From Clostridia bacterium (GTDB taxonomy: Bacteria > Bacillota > Clostridia > UMGS1883), in assembly GCA_045596985.1 (NCBI GenBank), contig JAZODM010000023.1, positions 2,684 to 66,683 on the forward strand: a DNA stretch of 64,000 nucleotides. The letters are read 5' to 3'. This document shows, one piece after another, positions 36,150 to 44,595 of this stretch. Every line of letters starts with the position of its first letter. Position 1 is the first letter of the stretch. The translations under genes were made by a program, and so were the position numbers. The notes under the pieces were generated by a model, which did not search any database, was not told the DNA's origin, and saw only the letters and a program-made list of their open reading frames with translations.

Positions 36150-37889
36150 ATGGCTGCTTTTTATTCGGACGAGCTTGTGAGCGAAGTTGTCGCGGCGAAT
36201 GACATTGTGGATATTGTTTCGGCGTACGTCCGCCTGAAAAGGTCGGGAAGCAGCTATATGGGATGCTGTCCCTTCCACCGTGAAAAGACCCCTTCTTTTC
36301 ACGTAAGTGCGGACAAGCAGCTTTACCATTGCTTCGGCTGCGGTGCAGGCGGCAGTGTAATTCAGTTTGTTATGAATGCCGAGGGGCTTGATTTTCCCGA
36401 TGCGCTCCGCTTCCTTGCAGACAGGGCGGGGATACGTCTCCCGGAGGATGGCGGTGCATTAAATGAGGAAAGGCATAGCAGAAAACAACAGATTTATGCG
36501 ATGAATCGCGATGTGGCACGCTTTTTTAGGGAGTGCCTGCTCTCGCAGGAGGGCGCAGCGGCACAGGAATATTTGACAAAGCGTGGACTTTCAGGGAAGA
36601 CAATTGCGGCATTTGGAATAGGCTTATCCCCCTCAGGCTGGGACGGACTTTTAAAACACCTACAGAAAAAGGGGTATAACCGTTCCCTGATGGTGGAGGC
36701 AGGACTTTGTATACAGAATGAAAAGGGGCATACGTATGACCGCTTTCGCGGTAGGGTGATGTTCCCGATTATAGATGTGCGCGGAAACATTATTGGCTTT
36801 GGCGGAAGAATACTTAGCGGTGACGGCGCAAAGTATATGAATTCGCCGGAAAGTATCGTTTATGATAAGGGCAAAAACCTCTTTGCACTGAATATTGCTA
36901 AAAAAAGCGACAGAGGGTATTATATACTTGTAGAGGGTTATATGGACGTAATTTCGCTGCATCAGGCAGGGATAAATGCGGCAGTTGCAGGCTGCGGAAC
37001 GGCACTCACACGGGAGCAGGCGCGTCTTATCGCAAAAAGCCCCGTCTACCTTTGCTACGACAGTGACGAGGCAGGTGTGAAAGCGTGCGAAAGAGCGGCA
37101 GAGATTTTTAAGGAATTTGATACAAAGGTGCGCGTAATTACAATCCCGGGCGCGAAAGATGCCGACGAATTTATTAAAAAGCACGGCGGCGAAGCCTTTG
37201 AGGAGCTTCTCCAAAAGGCAAAAACAGTTACCGAGCATAGACTTGATATGCTGCTTCGGGATGTTGATTTAAACGATGCCTCTCAAAAGATTGAGATGAT
37301 GGGGAAGGCGGCAAAGCTTTTTTCCGGAATTTCAAACGCAGTCGAGAGGGAGGTTTATATCAGCCGCCTTTCCGCAAAAAGCGGTATCAGCGTTGACTCT
37401 ATAAACAGTGAAGTGCGTAAGATGAATGCGAAAAACATCCGCAGGGAGGTTTCGAGTGAGCTTAGGAAAGCGGTCGGCACATCTTCATCACAGCAACGGT
37501 CAAAACGGCGCACACTCGCCGAGGCAGGGCTTCTTTCCATGCTGGCGGAAAATGAGAAGGTTTTTTCACAGCTTGCAGAAGAGTTTACCGCCGAGAGCTT
37601 TGGCGAGGACATACATAAACAGATTTTTAATCATATTTGTACATATTATAAAGAAAGCATAGGCGGCAAATGCGCGGATTACCTGCTCAAAGCTCTGCCG
37701 GGAAATGAGAAGGAAATTTCAACAGTTCTTATGGCAGTGCAAAATGTGGAAAATCAGGCGCAGGCGGCACACGATTTTGCCGAGGTGCTTAAAAACGAAA
37801 TTTTTAATGAAAAATTGCAGAAGGCTCAGAGTGAGGGCGATATAGCACTGATAAGTGAGCTTTTAAAATCTAAAAAACAAAAAGCCTGA
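36150..37889 (+). CDS. dnaG: DNA primase
   Basis: Zinc ribbon CCPFHREKTPSFHV...CFGCGAGG and Toprim EGYMDV. 579 aa. Confidence 0.95.
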   Translation: MAAFYSDELVSEVVAANDIVDIVSAYVRLKRSGSSYMGCCPFHREKTPSFHVSADKQLYHCFGCGAGGSVIQFVMNAEGLDFPDALRFLADRAGIRLPEDGGALNEERHSRKQQIYAMNRDVARFFRECLLSQEGAAAQEYLTKRGLSGKTIAAFGIGLSPSGWDGLLKHLQKKGYNRSLMVEAGLCIQNEKGHTYDRFRGRVMFPIIDVRGNIIGFGGRILSGDGAKYMNSPESIVYDKGKNLFALNIAKKSDRGYYILVEGYMDVISLHQAGINAAVAGCGTALTREQARLIAKSPVYLCYDSDEAGVKACERAAEIFKEFDTKVRVITIPGAKDADEFIKKHGGEAFEELLQKAKTVTEHRLDMLLRDVDLNDASQKIEMMGKAAKLFSGISNAVEREVYISRLSAKSGISVDSINSEVRKMNAKNIRREVSSELRKAVGTSSSQQRSKRRTLAEAGLLSMLAENEKVFSQLAEEFTAESFGEDIHKQIFNHICTYYKESIGGKCADYLLKALPGNEKEISTVLMAVQNVENQAQAAHDFAEVLKNEIFNEKLQKAQSEGDIALISELLKSKKQKA

Positions 37890-37917
37890 AACAGTGCGGT
37901 GAAAGGATTGGTAGTAC

Positions 37918-38997
37918 ATGGGTGAAACAGTAAATAAAAAAACAGTTGTGAAGGAGCTTATCGACAAGGGTAAGCAGAAAGGAATGCTTACAGAGCAGGA
38001 GATTGAGGATGCGCTTTCCGAGCTTGAGCTTGATGCAGAACAGATTGAAAAGATACACGATAATTTTGAGGCGCTCGGAATAGATATCGTCGGCGATATT
38101 GAACAGGAAATCAAAAAAATCGAAATCTCGGAAGAGGATTTGGAGGATCTGTCCGTTCCTGAGGGTATTAATGTGGATGACCACGTAAGAATGTATCTCA
38201 AGGAAATCGGTAAAGTCCCGCTTCTTTCCGCTGACGAGGAGATTGAGTTTGCGCGCCTTATGTCAGAGGGTGACGAGGAAGCGAAGAAAAAGCTTACCGA
38301 GGCAAACCTCAGACTTGTTGTAAGTATTGCAAAGCGTTATGTGGGAAGGGGTATGCTTTTCCTCGACCTTATTCAGGAGGGTAACCTCGGACTTATCAAG
38401 GCGGTTGAAAAGTTTGACTATACAAAGGGTTATAAGTTCAGCACATATGCAACGTGGTGGATAAGACAGGCAATCACACGCGCTATTGCCGACCAGGCGA
38501 GGACTATCAGAATCCCCGTGCATATGGTGGAAACCATTAATAAGCTTATCCGCGTTTCAAGACAGCTTCTTCAGGACTTGGGCAGAGAGCCTTCACCCGA
38601 GGAAATTGCGAAGGAAATGGGAATGAGCCTTGAAAAAGTGCGCGAAATAATGAAAATCGCGCAGGAGCCTGTTTCCCTCGAAACACCTATCGGTGAGGAG
38701 GAGGACAGTCATCTTGGCGACTTTATCCCTGATGACGATGCACCTGCCCCCAGTGAGGCGGCGTCCTTTATGCTCCTTAAAGAGCAGCTTATGGACGTTT
38801 TAAACACCCTCACCCCAAGAGAAGAAAAGGTTTTAAGACTTCGCTTCGGTCTTGAAGATGGCAGGGCAAGGACACTTGAAGAGGTAGGCGGCGTGTTCGA
38901 CGTAACGCGTGAGCGTATCCGTCAGATAGAGGCGAAGGCACTTCGTAAGCTCCGCCATCCGAGCCGCAGTAAAAAACTTAAGGATTTCCTGGAATAA
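37918..38997 (+). CDS. sigA: RNA polymerase primary sigma factor
   Basis: Region 2 ([27 protein letters not shown]) and region 4.2 ([30 protein letters not shown]). dnaG-sigA operon order. Confidence 0.96.
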   Translation: MGETVNKKTVVKELIDKGKQKGMLTEQEIEDALSELELDAEQIEKIHDNFEALGIDIVGDIEQEIKKIEISEEDLEDLSVPEGINVDDHVRMYLKEIGKVPLLSADEEIEFARLMSEGDEEAKKKLTEANLRLVVSIAKRYVGRGMLFLDLIQEGNLGLIKAVEKFDYTKGYKFSTYATWWIRQAITRAIADQARTIRIPVHMVETINKLIRVSRQLLQDLGREPSPEEIAKEMGMSLEKVREIMKIAQEPVSLETPIGEEEDSHLGDFIPDDDAPAPSEAASFMLLKEQLMDVLNTLTPREEKVLRLRFGLEDGRARTLEEVGGVFDVTRERIRQIEAKALRKLRHPSRSKKLKDFLE

Positions 38998-39011
38998 TTT
39001 TTATAAAAGTA

Positions 39012-39040
39012 TTGATTTTTTCGGCTTGATGTAATATAAT
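39012..39040 (+). promoter_or_regulatory. sigma-A promoter for tRNA-Leu
   Basis: TTGATT (39012-39017), 17 bp, TATAAT (39035-39040). The tRNA 5' end is 12 nt downstream. Confidence 0.65.
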
Positions 39041-39051
39041 AAATTCGTTAA

Positions 39052-39138
39052 GCCGATGTGATGGAATTGGCAGACGTAACGGACTCAAAATCCGTCGGTG
39101 GCAACACCGTGCGGGTTCGACCCCCGCCATCGGCACCA
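39052..39138 (+). tRNA. tRNA-Leu (anticodon CAA), CCA encoded
   Basis: Manual cloverleaf. Acceptor GCCGATG/CATCGGC, anticodon loop CU-CAA-AA, long variable arm CGGTGGCAACACCGTG, T arm GCGGG-TTCGACC-CCCGC, discriminator A plus CCA. Confidence 0.9.
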
Positions 39139-39140
39139 AA

Positions 39141-39180
39141 GTCATAGTTATCCTTGAAGAGGATGGCTATGACTTTTTTT
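39141..39180 (+). terminator. terminator after tRNA-Leu
   Basis: GTCATAGTTATCC / GGATGGCTATGAC (two G:U pairs) followed by TTTTTTT. Confidence 0.75.
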
Positions 39181-39254
39181 GTTGAAAAAAGGGGGGGTCG
39201 AACCCTGAGAGGGCAGCAAGCGTCAAAAAACGATTGATAATCGTTTTTAGTGAA

Positions 39255-39344
39255 GCTGATGTGCAGACGGGTACCAAAATGCAAAACATTTTGGTCGTCA
39301 AGCAGGCAAGATGCGAAAGCATCTGTCCCCCGCCATCGGCACCA
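39255..39344 (+). other. tRNA-sized tRNA-Leu derivative (pseudo-tRNA / tRNA-like element)
   Basis: The 5' GCTGATGTG matches GCCGATGTG of the tRNA. The 3' 18 nt CCCCCGCCATCGGCACCA (39327-39344) are identical to 39121-39138. The interior is replaced by a long hairpin ACCAAAATG-CAAAA-CATTTTGGT and GATGC-GAAA-GCATC. No T-arm 5' half and no U33. Confidence 0.55.
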
Positions 39345-39346
39345 GA

Positions 39347-39383
39347 ACGCAGTTATCTTCGAAGGAGGATAGCTGCGTTTTTT
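39347..39383 (+). terminator. terminator after the tRNA-like element (paralogous to 39141-39180)
   Basis: ACGCAGTTATC / GATAGCTGCGT (one G:U pair) followed by TTTTT. Confidence 0.7.
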
Positions 39384-39415
39384 CTTGTTGAAATAAACTT
39401 TTTCCCAAAACCCTA

Positions 39416-39471
39416 TTGACAAGATGAATTTTCAATGCTATACTAACTGTACTAATACAAGTAATACAGTT
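39416..39471 (+). promoter_or_regulatory. promoter and putative GntR (YtrA-type) operator
   Basis: TTGACA (39416-39421), 17 bp, TATACT (39439-39444). Immediately after comes the inverted repeat AACTGTA-N13-TACAGTT (39445-39471). Confidence 0.6.
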
Positions 39472-39501
39472 GGCACAAACTGAAAAAACGGAGGTGAGAA
39501 G

Positions 39502-39879
39502 ATGATAAACTTAGATTACAAGGATGGGCGCACACTTCATGAACAAATTGAGGACGGCTTTCGGGGTCTCATAATAAGCGGGATTTTAAAGCCTGACGAG
39601 CAGCTTCCGTCGGTGAGGGAGCTTTCCATAAGCCTGACGGTAAACCCCAACACAGTGCAAAAAGCCTATAAGGAACTGGAGAATGCAGGCTTTATCTACA
39701 GTGTAAAGGGTAAAGGTAATTTTGTGGCGTCAGCCCCATCGGTGGAGGACAGCCACCACAGGGAAGAGCTGTATGAGAGCCTTGCATCAATAGTCAGGGA
39801 GCTTAATTACCTTGGTGAATCAAAGGAAGGCATACAGAACCTTGTAAATAATATTTACGCTGAAAAGGAGGAAGAGTAA
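39502..39879 (+). CDS. GntR-family (YtrA subfamily) transcriptional regulator
   Basis: 125 aa. Winged HTH LPSVRELSISLTVNPNTVQKAYKELENAGFIYSVKGKGNFV with a short C-terminal helix pair. Confidence 0.88.
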   Translation: MINLDYKDGRTLHEQIEDGFRGLIISGILKPDEQLPSVRELSISLTVNPNTVQKAYKELENAGFIYSVKGKGNFVASAPSVEDSHHREELYESLASIVRELNYLGESKEGIQNLVNNIYAEKEEE

Positions 39880-40778
39880 TGATACAGGTAAAAAATGTTA
39901 GCAAGTATTTTGACGACTTCAAAGTGCTTGATGATTTTTCACTTAATGTAAAAAAAGGCACTATATACGGTCTTGTAGGCCCTAATGGTGCAGGAAAAAC
40001 AACTATAATAAATCATATAAACGGAGTTTTAAAGCCTGATGACGGAGAAATTTACATAGACGGCGAAAAGGTTTATGAGAATAGTAAGATAAAGGAAAGT
40101 GTACTCTCTATTGCAGATGACTGGTTTTATTACAGTACATACACTATTAAACAGATGGCACATTTTTACCGTGACATTTATCCGTCATTTAATATGGAAC
40201 GCTATGAGGCGATAAAGGGAATTTTCAAGATTGATGAAAAACGCCAGATAAGAAAGCTTTCCAAAGGTATGAAAAAGCAGGTTGCCTTCTGGCTGACACT
40301 CTCTGCAATGCCGTCTGTACTTATCCTTGATGAGCCACTTGACGGACTTGACCCCGTTATGCGTAAGCAGGTGCTTAATCTTGTAATTGCTGATGTTACG
40401 GACAGAGAGATGACAGTGCTCGTTTCCTCGCATAATTTGAGGGAGCTTGAGGATATTTGCGACTGGGTAGGAATTATTCACAAAGGTAAAATGATTATAG
40501 AAAAGCCGCTTGATGACCTTAAGGGCAGCGTGCATAAATATCAGATGGTAATTGATGAGAATTGCGCCAAAAAGCTTGAGGAAAATGCGGATGTGCTTCA
40601 CATTACAAAAACGGGTTCTGTTTATAATGTAATTATGCGTGGAGATGCACAAGAAACCCACAGCAATATGAAGGAGCTTTCCCCGCTTTTGTGTGAGCGC
40701 ATAAGCCTTACTTTAGAAGAAGTGTTCATTTACGAGTTAGGAGGTTTGGGTTATGATTTCAAGAGCATCATTATTTAA
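39879..40778 (+). CDS. ABC transporter ATP-binding protein (ABC-2 type)
   Basis: GPNGAGKTT, LSKGMKKQV and LILDEPLDGLDP. Start overlaps the GntR stop (TAATG). Confidence 0.9.
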   Translation: MIQVKNVSKYFDDFKVLDDFSLNVKKGTIYGLVGPNGAGKTTIINHINGVLKPDDGEIYIDGEKVYENSKIKESVLSIADDWFYYSTYTIKQMAHFYRDIYPSFNMERYEAIKGIFKIDEKRQIRKLSKGMKKQVAFWLTLSAMPSVLILDEPLDGLDPVMRKQVLNLVIADVTDREMTVLVSSHNLRELEDICDWVGIIHKGKMIIEKPLDDLKGSVHKYQMVIDENCAKKLEENADVLHITKTGSVYNVIMRGDAQETHSNMKELSPLLCERISLTLEEVFIYELGGLGYDFKSIII

Positions 40779-42819
40779 TAAAGGCATATATAAATCAACC
40801 CTCAGGCGTTATCTGTGGGGAAGTGTGCTGTATTTTATACTTCTTTTTATGATTACAGGGATGTCAATTCTTCTCAACTATTCGCACGATTACCGCTATC
40901 TGCCGATGGTTAACGGAAGGCAGACAAGCATAATATTAAGTAATGAGTTTATACTTCTGCCCATTTTGTTGTCGATAGCAGTTCCGACAATTGCGGGACT
41001 TCTTATTTTCCGTTTTATTCATTCGAAGAAAACTTCGGTGTTTGTCCATAGTCTGCCCGTGAAAAGAACGGCAAATTACATATCCTCCGTTCTGGCAGGA
41101 TTAACGCTGATGATTGCTCCCATAATCATTAATACAGCCGTATTGATGATAATTTCACTATCAGGATATTCGCAGTATTTTACTGTGAGTGATTGCGCCA
41201 CCTGGATGCTTCTTAATATATTCAGTATCTTTATAATGTTTTCCTGCGTGTGCTTTGTTGCGGTGCTTACGGGAAACAGCTTTGCAATGATTGTGCTGAA
41301 TATTCTTTTCCATACCTTTATTCCTCTTTTGACGGCAGGCTTCAGCCTCGTTTGTGAAAAATTTCTGCACGGCTTTGCCGGCGAGAATGAGCTTTTGACA
41401 AGAGTTGTTAATAATAATTTCCCTGCACGTATAATGAGTATTGTTTCATCGTGGAATTACGAGCATATAACGGCAAAGTCCTATACGTCAGATTTTGTGA
41501 AGTTCAGCCTTATTGCAATTGTGCTTTACGTTATAAGCGCAGTTTTCTATAAAGCACGTAAAATGGAAACTGCGGAGGATGTTGCAGGCTTTAAGTGCCT
41601 TAACCCCATCTTCAAATATCTCATTACCTTTATGGGCGCAATAGCAGCATTTTCAATTTTCAGTGATTCTATTGATGAGAATGAATTTATCTTCTGGTGT
41701 CTTGTCGCGCTGGTGAGCGCAGTAATATATTTTGCAAGTGAAATGCTTCTTAAAAAGACTTTCAAGGTATGGCATACCTACAAGGGATACCTTGTTTTTG
41801 CGGCAGCATTCTCTGTGCTGATGTGCCTTTTCTCGCTGACAAGCTTTTTCGGATTTGAAACGAATATTCCGCCAAAGGATAAAATCGCAAATGTTGCGGT
41901 GTATGATTATTACAGAAACGAAAAACCCCTTGTAGCAAATGCAGATGTTATCGACCGTGCACTTAACATTCACGGAAAAATGATAGCAAACGCACAGCGG
42001 ATAAAGAAAATGGGTGAAACAGCCATCCACATTGAATATCAGCTTGAAAACAAAAAAATAATTCACCGCAGATATCCCATAACAGAAGATGAGCTGCACG
42101 AAATAATGAATTCGCTTTATAAAAATGAAGAATACAAAATGAAGCGAGAGGAAGTTTTTGAAGAGGCAGAGGAAATTTATAAAGCGAGCATTAATCATAA
42201 TTATGGCAGTGAGGATATTTTAGACAAGGAGAAGCTTGCTGCACTTAATGAATGTGTAAAGGCTGATATTATGGAGCTTGATTATGATGAGCTTTATAAT
42301 AATTCCTGGAACTTTAATATAGAGCTTGACTTTATTGTTAATGATGAAAAAGAGGGGTATTACAACACCTGGCAGGGTGTAGATGATGACGGAAAGCGTA
42401 TAAAGGTCAGATACCTGCATCTGAACGTAAACCCAAATTACAAGCGCACAATGCAGTGGATAAAGGATAACGGCTACTGGGAAATGGTAAAAATAAAGAA
42501 TGAGGGCTTTATATACATCTGTAAGGAGTGGGAAAATCTTCCCTTCGTCGGGAAAACACTGGATATAGCCGCAGGAGAGAGTGTAATCTCCAAAAAGGAA
42601 GAAAAGGATATTATAAAGCTTGAAAATCAGGAAGATATTGAAAGACTGATTGAATATGCACACACTGCGCCAAGCAGATATATAAGCCAGGACAAGCGTT
42701 ATACTGTCTACCAGATTAAGGATGAGGCAAATAAGGATTATATCTTCCTTACACGAATGACAAAGGAAGAAATAGAAGCTCTTTTTCCCGAAAAAGATTT
42801 TTCAGGAAAGTTTAACTAA
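40753..42819 (+). CDS. polytopic membrane protein (putative ABC-2 permease) with ~300-aa C-terminal soluble domain of unknown function
   Basis: 688 aa. About 10 hydrophobic helices in residues 1-370, then a charged Lys/Glu/Asn-rich domain. Start overlaps the ATPase gene by 26 nt. Confidence 0.7.
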   Translation: MISRASLFNKGIYKSTLRRYLWGSVLYFILLFMITGMSILLNYSHDYRYLPMVNGRQTSIILSNEFILLPILLSIAVPTIAGLLIFRFIHSKKTSVFVHSLPVKRTANYISSVLAGLTLMIAPIIINTAVLMIISLSGYSQYFTVSDCATWMLLNIFSIFIMFSCVCFVAVLTGNSFAMIVLNILFHTFIPLLTAGFSLVCEKFLHGFAGENELLTRVVNNNFPARIMSIVSSWNYEHITAKSYTSDFVKFSLIAIVLYVISAVFYKARKMETAEDVAGFKCLNPIFKYLITFMGAIAAFSIFSDSIDENEFIFWCLVALVSAVIYFASEMLLKKTFKVWHTYKGYLVFAAAFSVLMCLFSLTSFFGFETNIPPKDKIANVAVYDYYRNEKPLVANADVIDRALNIHGKMIANAQRIKKMGETAIHIEYQLENKKIIHRRYPITEDELHEIMNSLYKNEEYKMKREEVFEEAEEIYKASINHNYGSEDILDKEKLAALNECVKADIMELDYDELYNNSWNFNIELDFIVNDEKEGYYNTWQGVDDDGKRIKVRYLHLNVNPNYKRTMQWIKDNGYWEMVKIKNEGFIYICKEWENLPFVGKTLDIAAGESVISKKEEKDIIKLENQEDIERLIEYAHTAPSRYISQDKRYTVYQIKDEANKDYIFLTRMTKEEIEALFPEKDFSGKFN

Positions 42820-42874
42820 AATGTATTGTAAATTTTGTCCCGATGGTATATAATAGTCATCAGGAGGTGTTTTT

Positions 42875-43078
42875 ATGGCAAAGGTAACAAAGGACACTAT
42901 TATTCTGGATGTTCTGACAATGGATGCAGGCACAGCACCGTTTTTCCTTGAAATAGGTATGCACTGCCTGGGTTGCCCTTCTGCAAGTGGTGAATCAATT
43001 GAGGAGGCTTGTGCAGTACACGGGGCAGATGCCGATGCACTTGTTGCAAAGATTAACGAATATCTCGAAAACAAATAA
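42875..43078 (+). CDS. DUF1858 / hybrid-cluster-protein-associated redox disulfide domain protein
   Basis: 67 aa. IGMHCLGCPSASGESIEEACAVHGADADALVAKIN is the family's CxxC core. Confidence 0.8.
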   Translation: MAKVTKDTIILDVLTMDAGTAPFFLEIGMHCLGCPSASGESIEEACAVHGADADALVAKINEYLENK

Positions 43079-43092
43079 CAAATCAAATAAAA

Positions 43093-43126
43093 AACGGTTG
43101 TTGCTTACGCAATAACCGTTTTTTTA
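43093..43126. terminator. bidirectional terminator
   Basis: AAAAA-ACGGTTGTTGC-TTAC-GCAATAACCGT-TTTTTTT. Confidence 0.8.
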
Positions 43127-43139
43127 TGGGTTCAAATCT

Positions 43140-43281
43140 GTTAAAACCGGGGGCGTGCACCTCGGTTTTAACTCCTATAAAGGGCTGGCACGGTGAGTGC
43201 CGCGCGAGCGAAAGCCCTTATCTCGAAAGAGAATGTTTTGTATAACAAAACTTCTCTTTCGAAAGGATGACCTTGTCATCC
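43140..43281 (+). repeat. family B repeat, copy 4 (compact canonical: B1-B4)
   Basis: B1 is GTTAAAACCG-GGGGCGTGCACCT-CGGTTTTAAC (43140-43172). B2 is AAGGGCT...GGCAC-GGTGA-GTGCC...GCGCGAGCGAA-AGCCCTT (43180-43219). B3 is TCGAAAGAGAA-TGTTTTG-TATAA-CAAAAC-TTCTCTTTCGA (43223-43262). B4 is GGATGAC-CTT-GTCATCC (43265-43281). Confidence 0.92.
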
Positions 43282-43284
43282 GTG

Positions 43285-44454
43285 TTATATGACACGAACT
43301 TTAATTATTCCGTCAATTGCCTTAATTGCATTAACAACATCGTCGTCAACGTCGGATGCAACATCGAGAATTGTGCAAGCGTAGTCATTCTTACTCTTAT
43401 TCATCAGGTTTTCAATGTTTGCTGACTTTTGTGAGAAGATTGATGTAATGCTTGAAAGGATATTGGGAACATTCTTGTGAAGAATTGTAAGTCTTGTTGT
43501 GTTTTCTGTTCTTGCAAGCTCGCAATTGGGGAAGTTTACGGAATTTACAATGTTTCCGTTTTCCATATAATCAATAAGCTCTTTTGCTGCCATAACAGCA
43601 CAGTTATCCTCACTTTCAGCACTGGAAGCGCCAAGATGCGGAATAGCAACCACGTTATCAAGACCGAGCACCTCGTCAGAGGGGAAGTCAACAACGTATG
43701 AGGAAATAAGACCAACCTCAAGTGCGCTTTTAAGTGCCTGAGAATCAACAAGCTCACCTCTTGAGAAGTTGAGAAGCTTTGCACCCTTTTTAACTGCGGT
43801 TTTGAAAAGCTCGGCATTAAACATACCTTTTGTGTCGGGAGTCAAGGGAAGGTGAAGCGTAATATAATCAGCCTCTGCCAGGGCATCCTTAAGCTCCGTC
43901 TTGATTACTGTGTGACGGTCAAGGCTGAGTGCCGCCTTAACGGAAATATACGGATCATAGCCGATAATATCCATACCAAGGTGATGTGCCGCATTTGCAA
44001 CAAGTACACCGATAGCGCCAAGACCGATTACGGCAAGCTTTTTACCCTTGATTTCGCAGCCTGCAAAATTGCTTTTACCCTTTTCAACCATTTTGCCGAC
44101 CTCTGCGCCGTTTCCTTTAAGTGTCTGTGCCCAGTTAACTCCGCCGATAACATCTCTTGATGCAAGGAAAAGACCTGCAATGGTAAGCTCCTTTACGGCA
44201 TTTGCGTTTGCACCGGGGGTATTAAATACAACGATACCCTTTTCGCTGCACTTATCAATCGGGATATTATTTACACCTGCACCTGCACGTGCAACTGCCT
44301 GCAAAGAATCTGAAAGCTCCATATCGTGCATATTAAAGCTTCTGAGAATTATGCAATCGGGGTTATCGCAGCTATCTGTGATAGAATATTTAGCCTTGTT
44401 AAAATTGTCAAGACCGCATTTTGCAATTTTATTAAGCGTAAGAAGATCATACAT
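43285..44454 (-). CDS. serA: D-3-phosphoglycerate dehydrogenase with C-terminal ACT domain
   Basis: 2-hydroxyacid dehydrogenase fold with the NAD motif GLGAIGVLVA and a C-terminal ACT-like region (RLTILHKNVPNILSSITS). Adjacent to serC. Confidence 0.9.
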   Translation of the reverse strand: MYDLLTLNKIAKCGLDNFNKAKYSITDSCDNPDCIILRSFNMHDMELSDSLQAVARAGAGVNNIPIDKCSEKGIVVFNTPGANANAVKELTIAGLFLASRDVIGGVNWAQTLKGNGAEVGKMVEKGKSNFAGCEIKGKKLAVIGLGAIGVLVANAAHHLGMDIIGYDPYISVKAALSLDRHTVIKTELKDALAEADYITLHLPLTPDTKGMFNAELFKTAVKKGAKLLNFSRGELVDSQALKSALEVGLISSYVVDFPSDEVLGLDNVVAIPHLGASSAESEDNCAVMAAKELIDYMENGNIVNSVNFPNCELARTENTTRLTILHKNVPNILSSITSIFSQKSANIENLMNKSKNDYACTILDVASDVDDDVVNAIKAIDGIIKVRVI

Positions 44455-44493
44455 TTTAATAAACCATCCTTTACCTTTATTTTAAAGGATAAG

Positions 44494-44585
44494 CTCGAAT
44501 TCGAAGTTCGAAGTGATTGTGACTTTTCGCCAAAGCAAAAATTTTCCGTCATTTCGCATTTCACATTTCGCACTTCGCATTTTTG
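44494..44585. repeat. family A repeat, copy 4: reverse and forward heptamer arrays facing each other
   Basis: Reverse units CTCGAAT TCGAAGT TCGAAGT (44494-44514), a 36-bp spacer containing CAAAGCAAAAATTTTCCGTC, then forward units ATTTCGC ATTTCAC ATTTCGC ACTTCGC ATTTTTG (44551-44585). Confidence 0.88.
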
Positions 44586-44595
44586 GCCATCCGTT

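Noticed and set aside
39255-39344. Second functional tRNA gene after tRNA-Leu
   Set aside because: No D arm, no 5' half of the T stem, no U33, and a 5-nt or irregular anticodon loop. It cannot fold into a cloverleaf, so I report it as a tRNA-like derivative instead.
39139-43130. Integrated genomic island or prophage at tRNA-Leu
   Set aside because: No integrase, excisionase or phage genes are present. The only duplicated tRNA 3' end is 190 bp away, and no second copy lies after the GntR/ABC module. At most this is an old scar.
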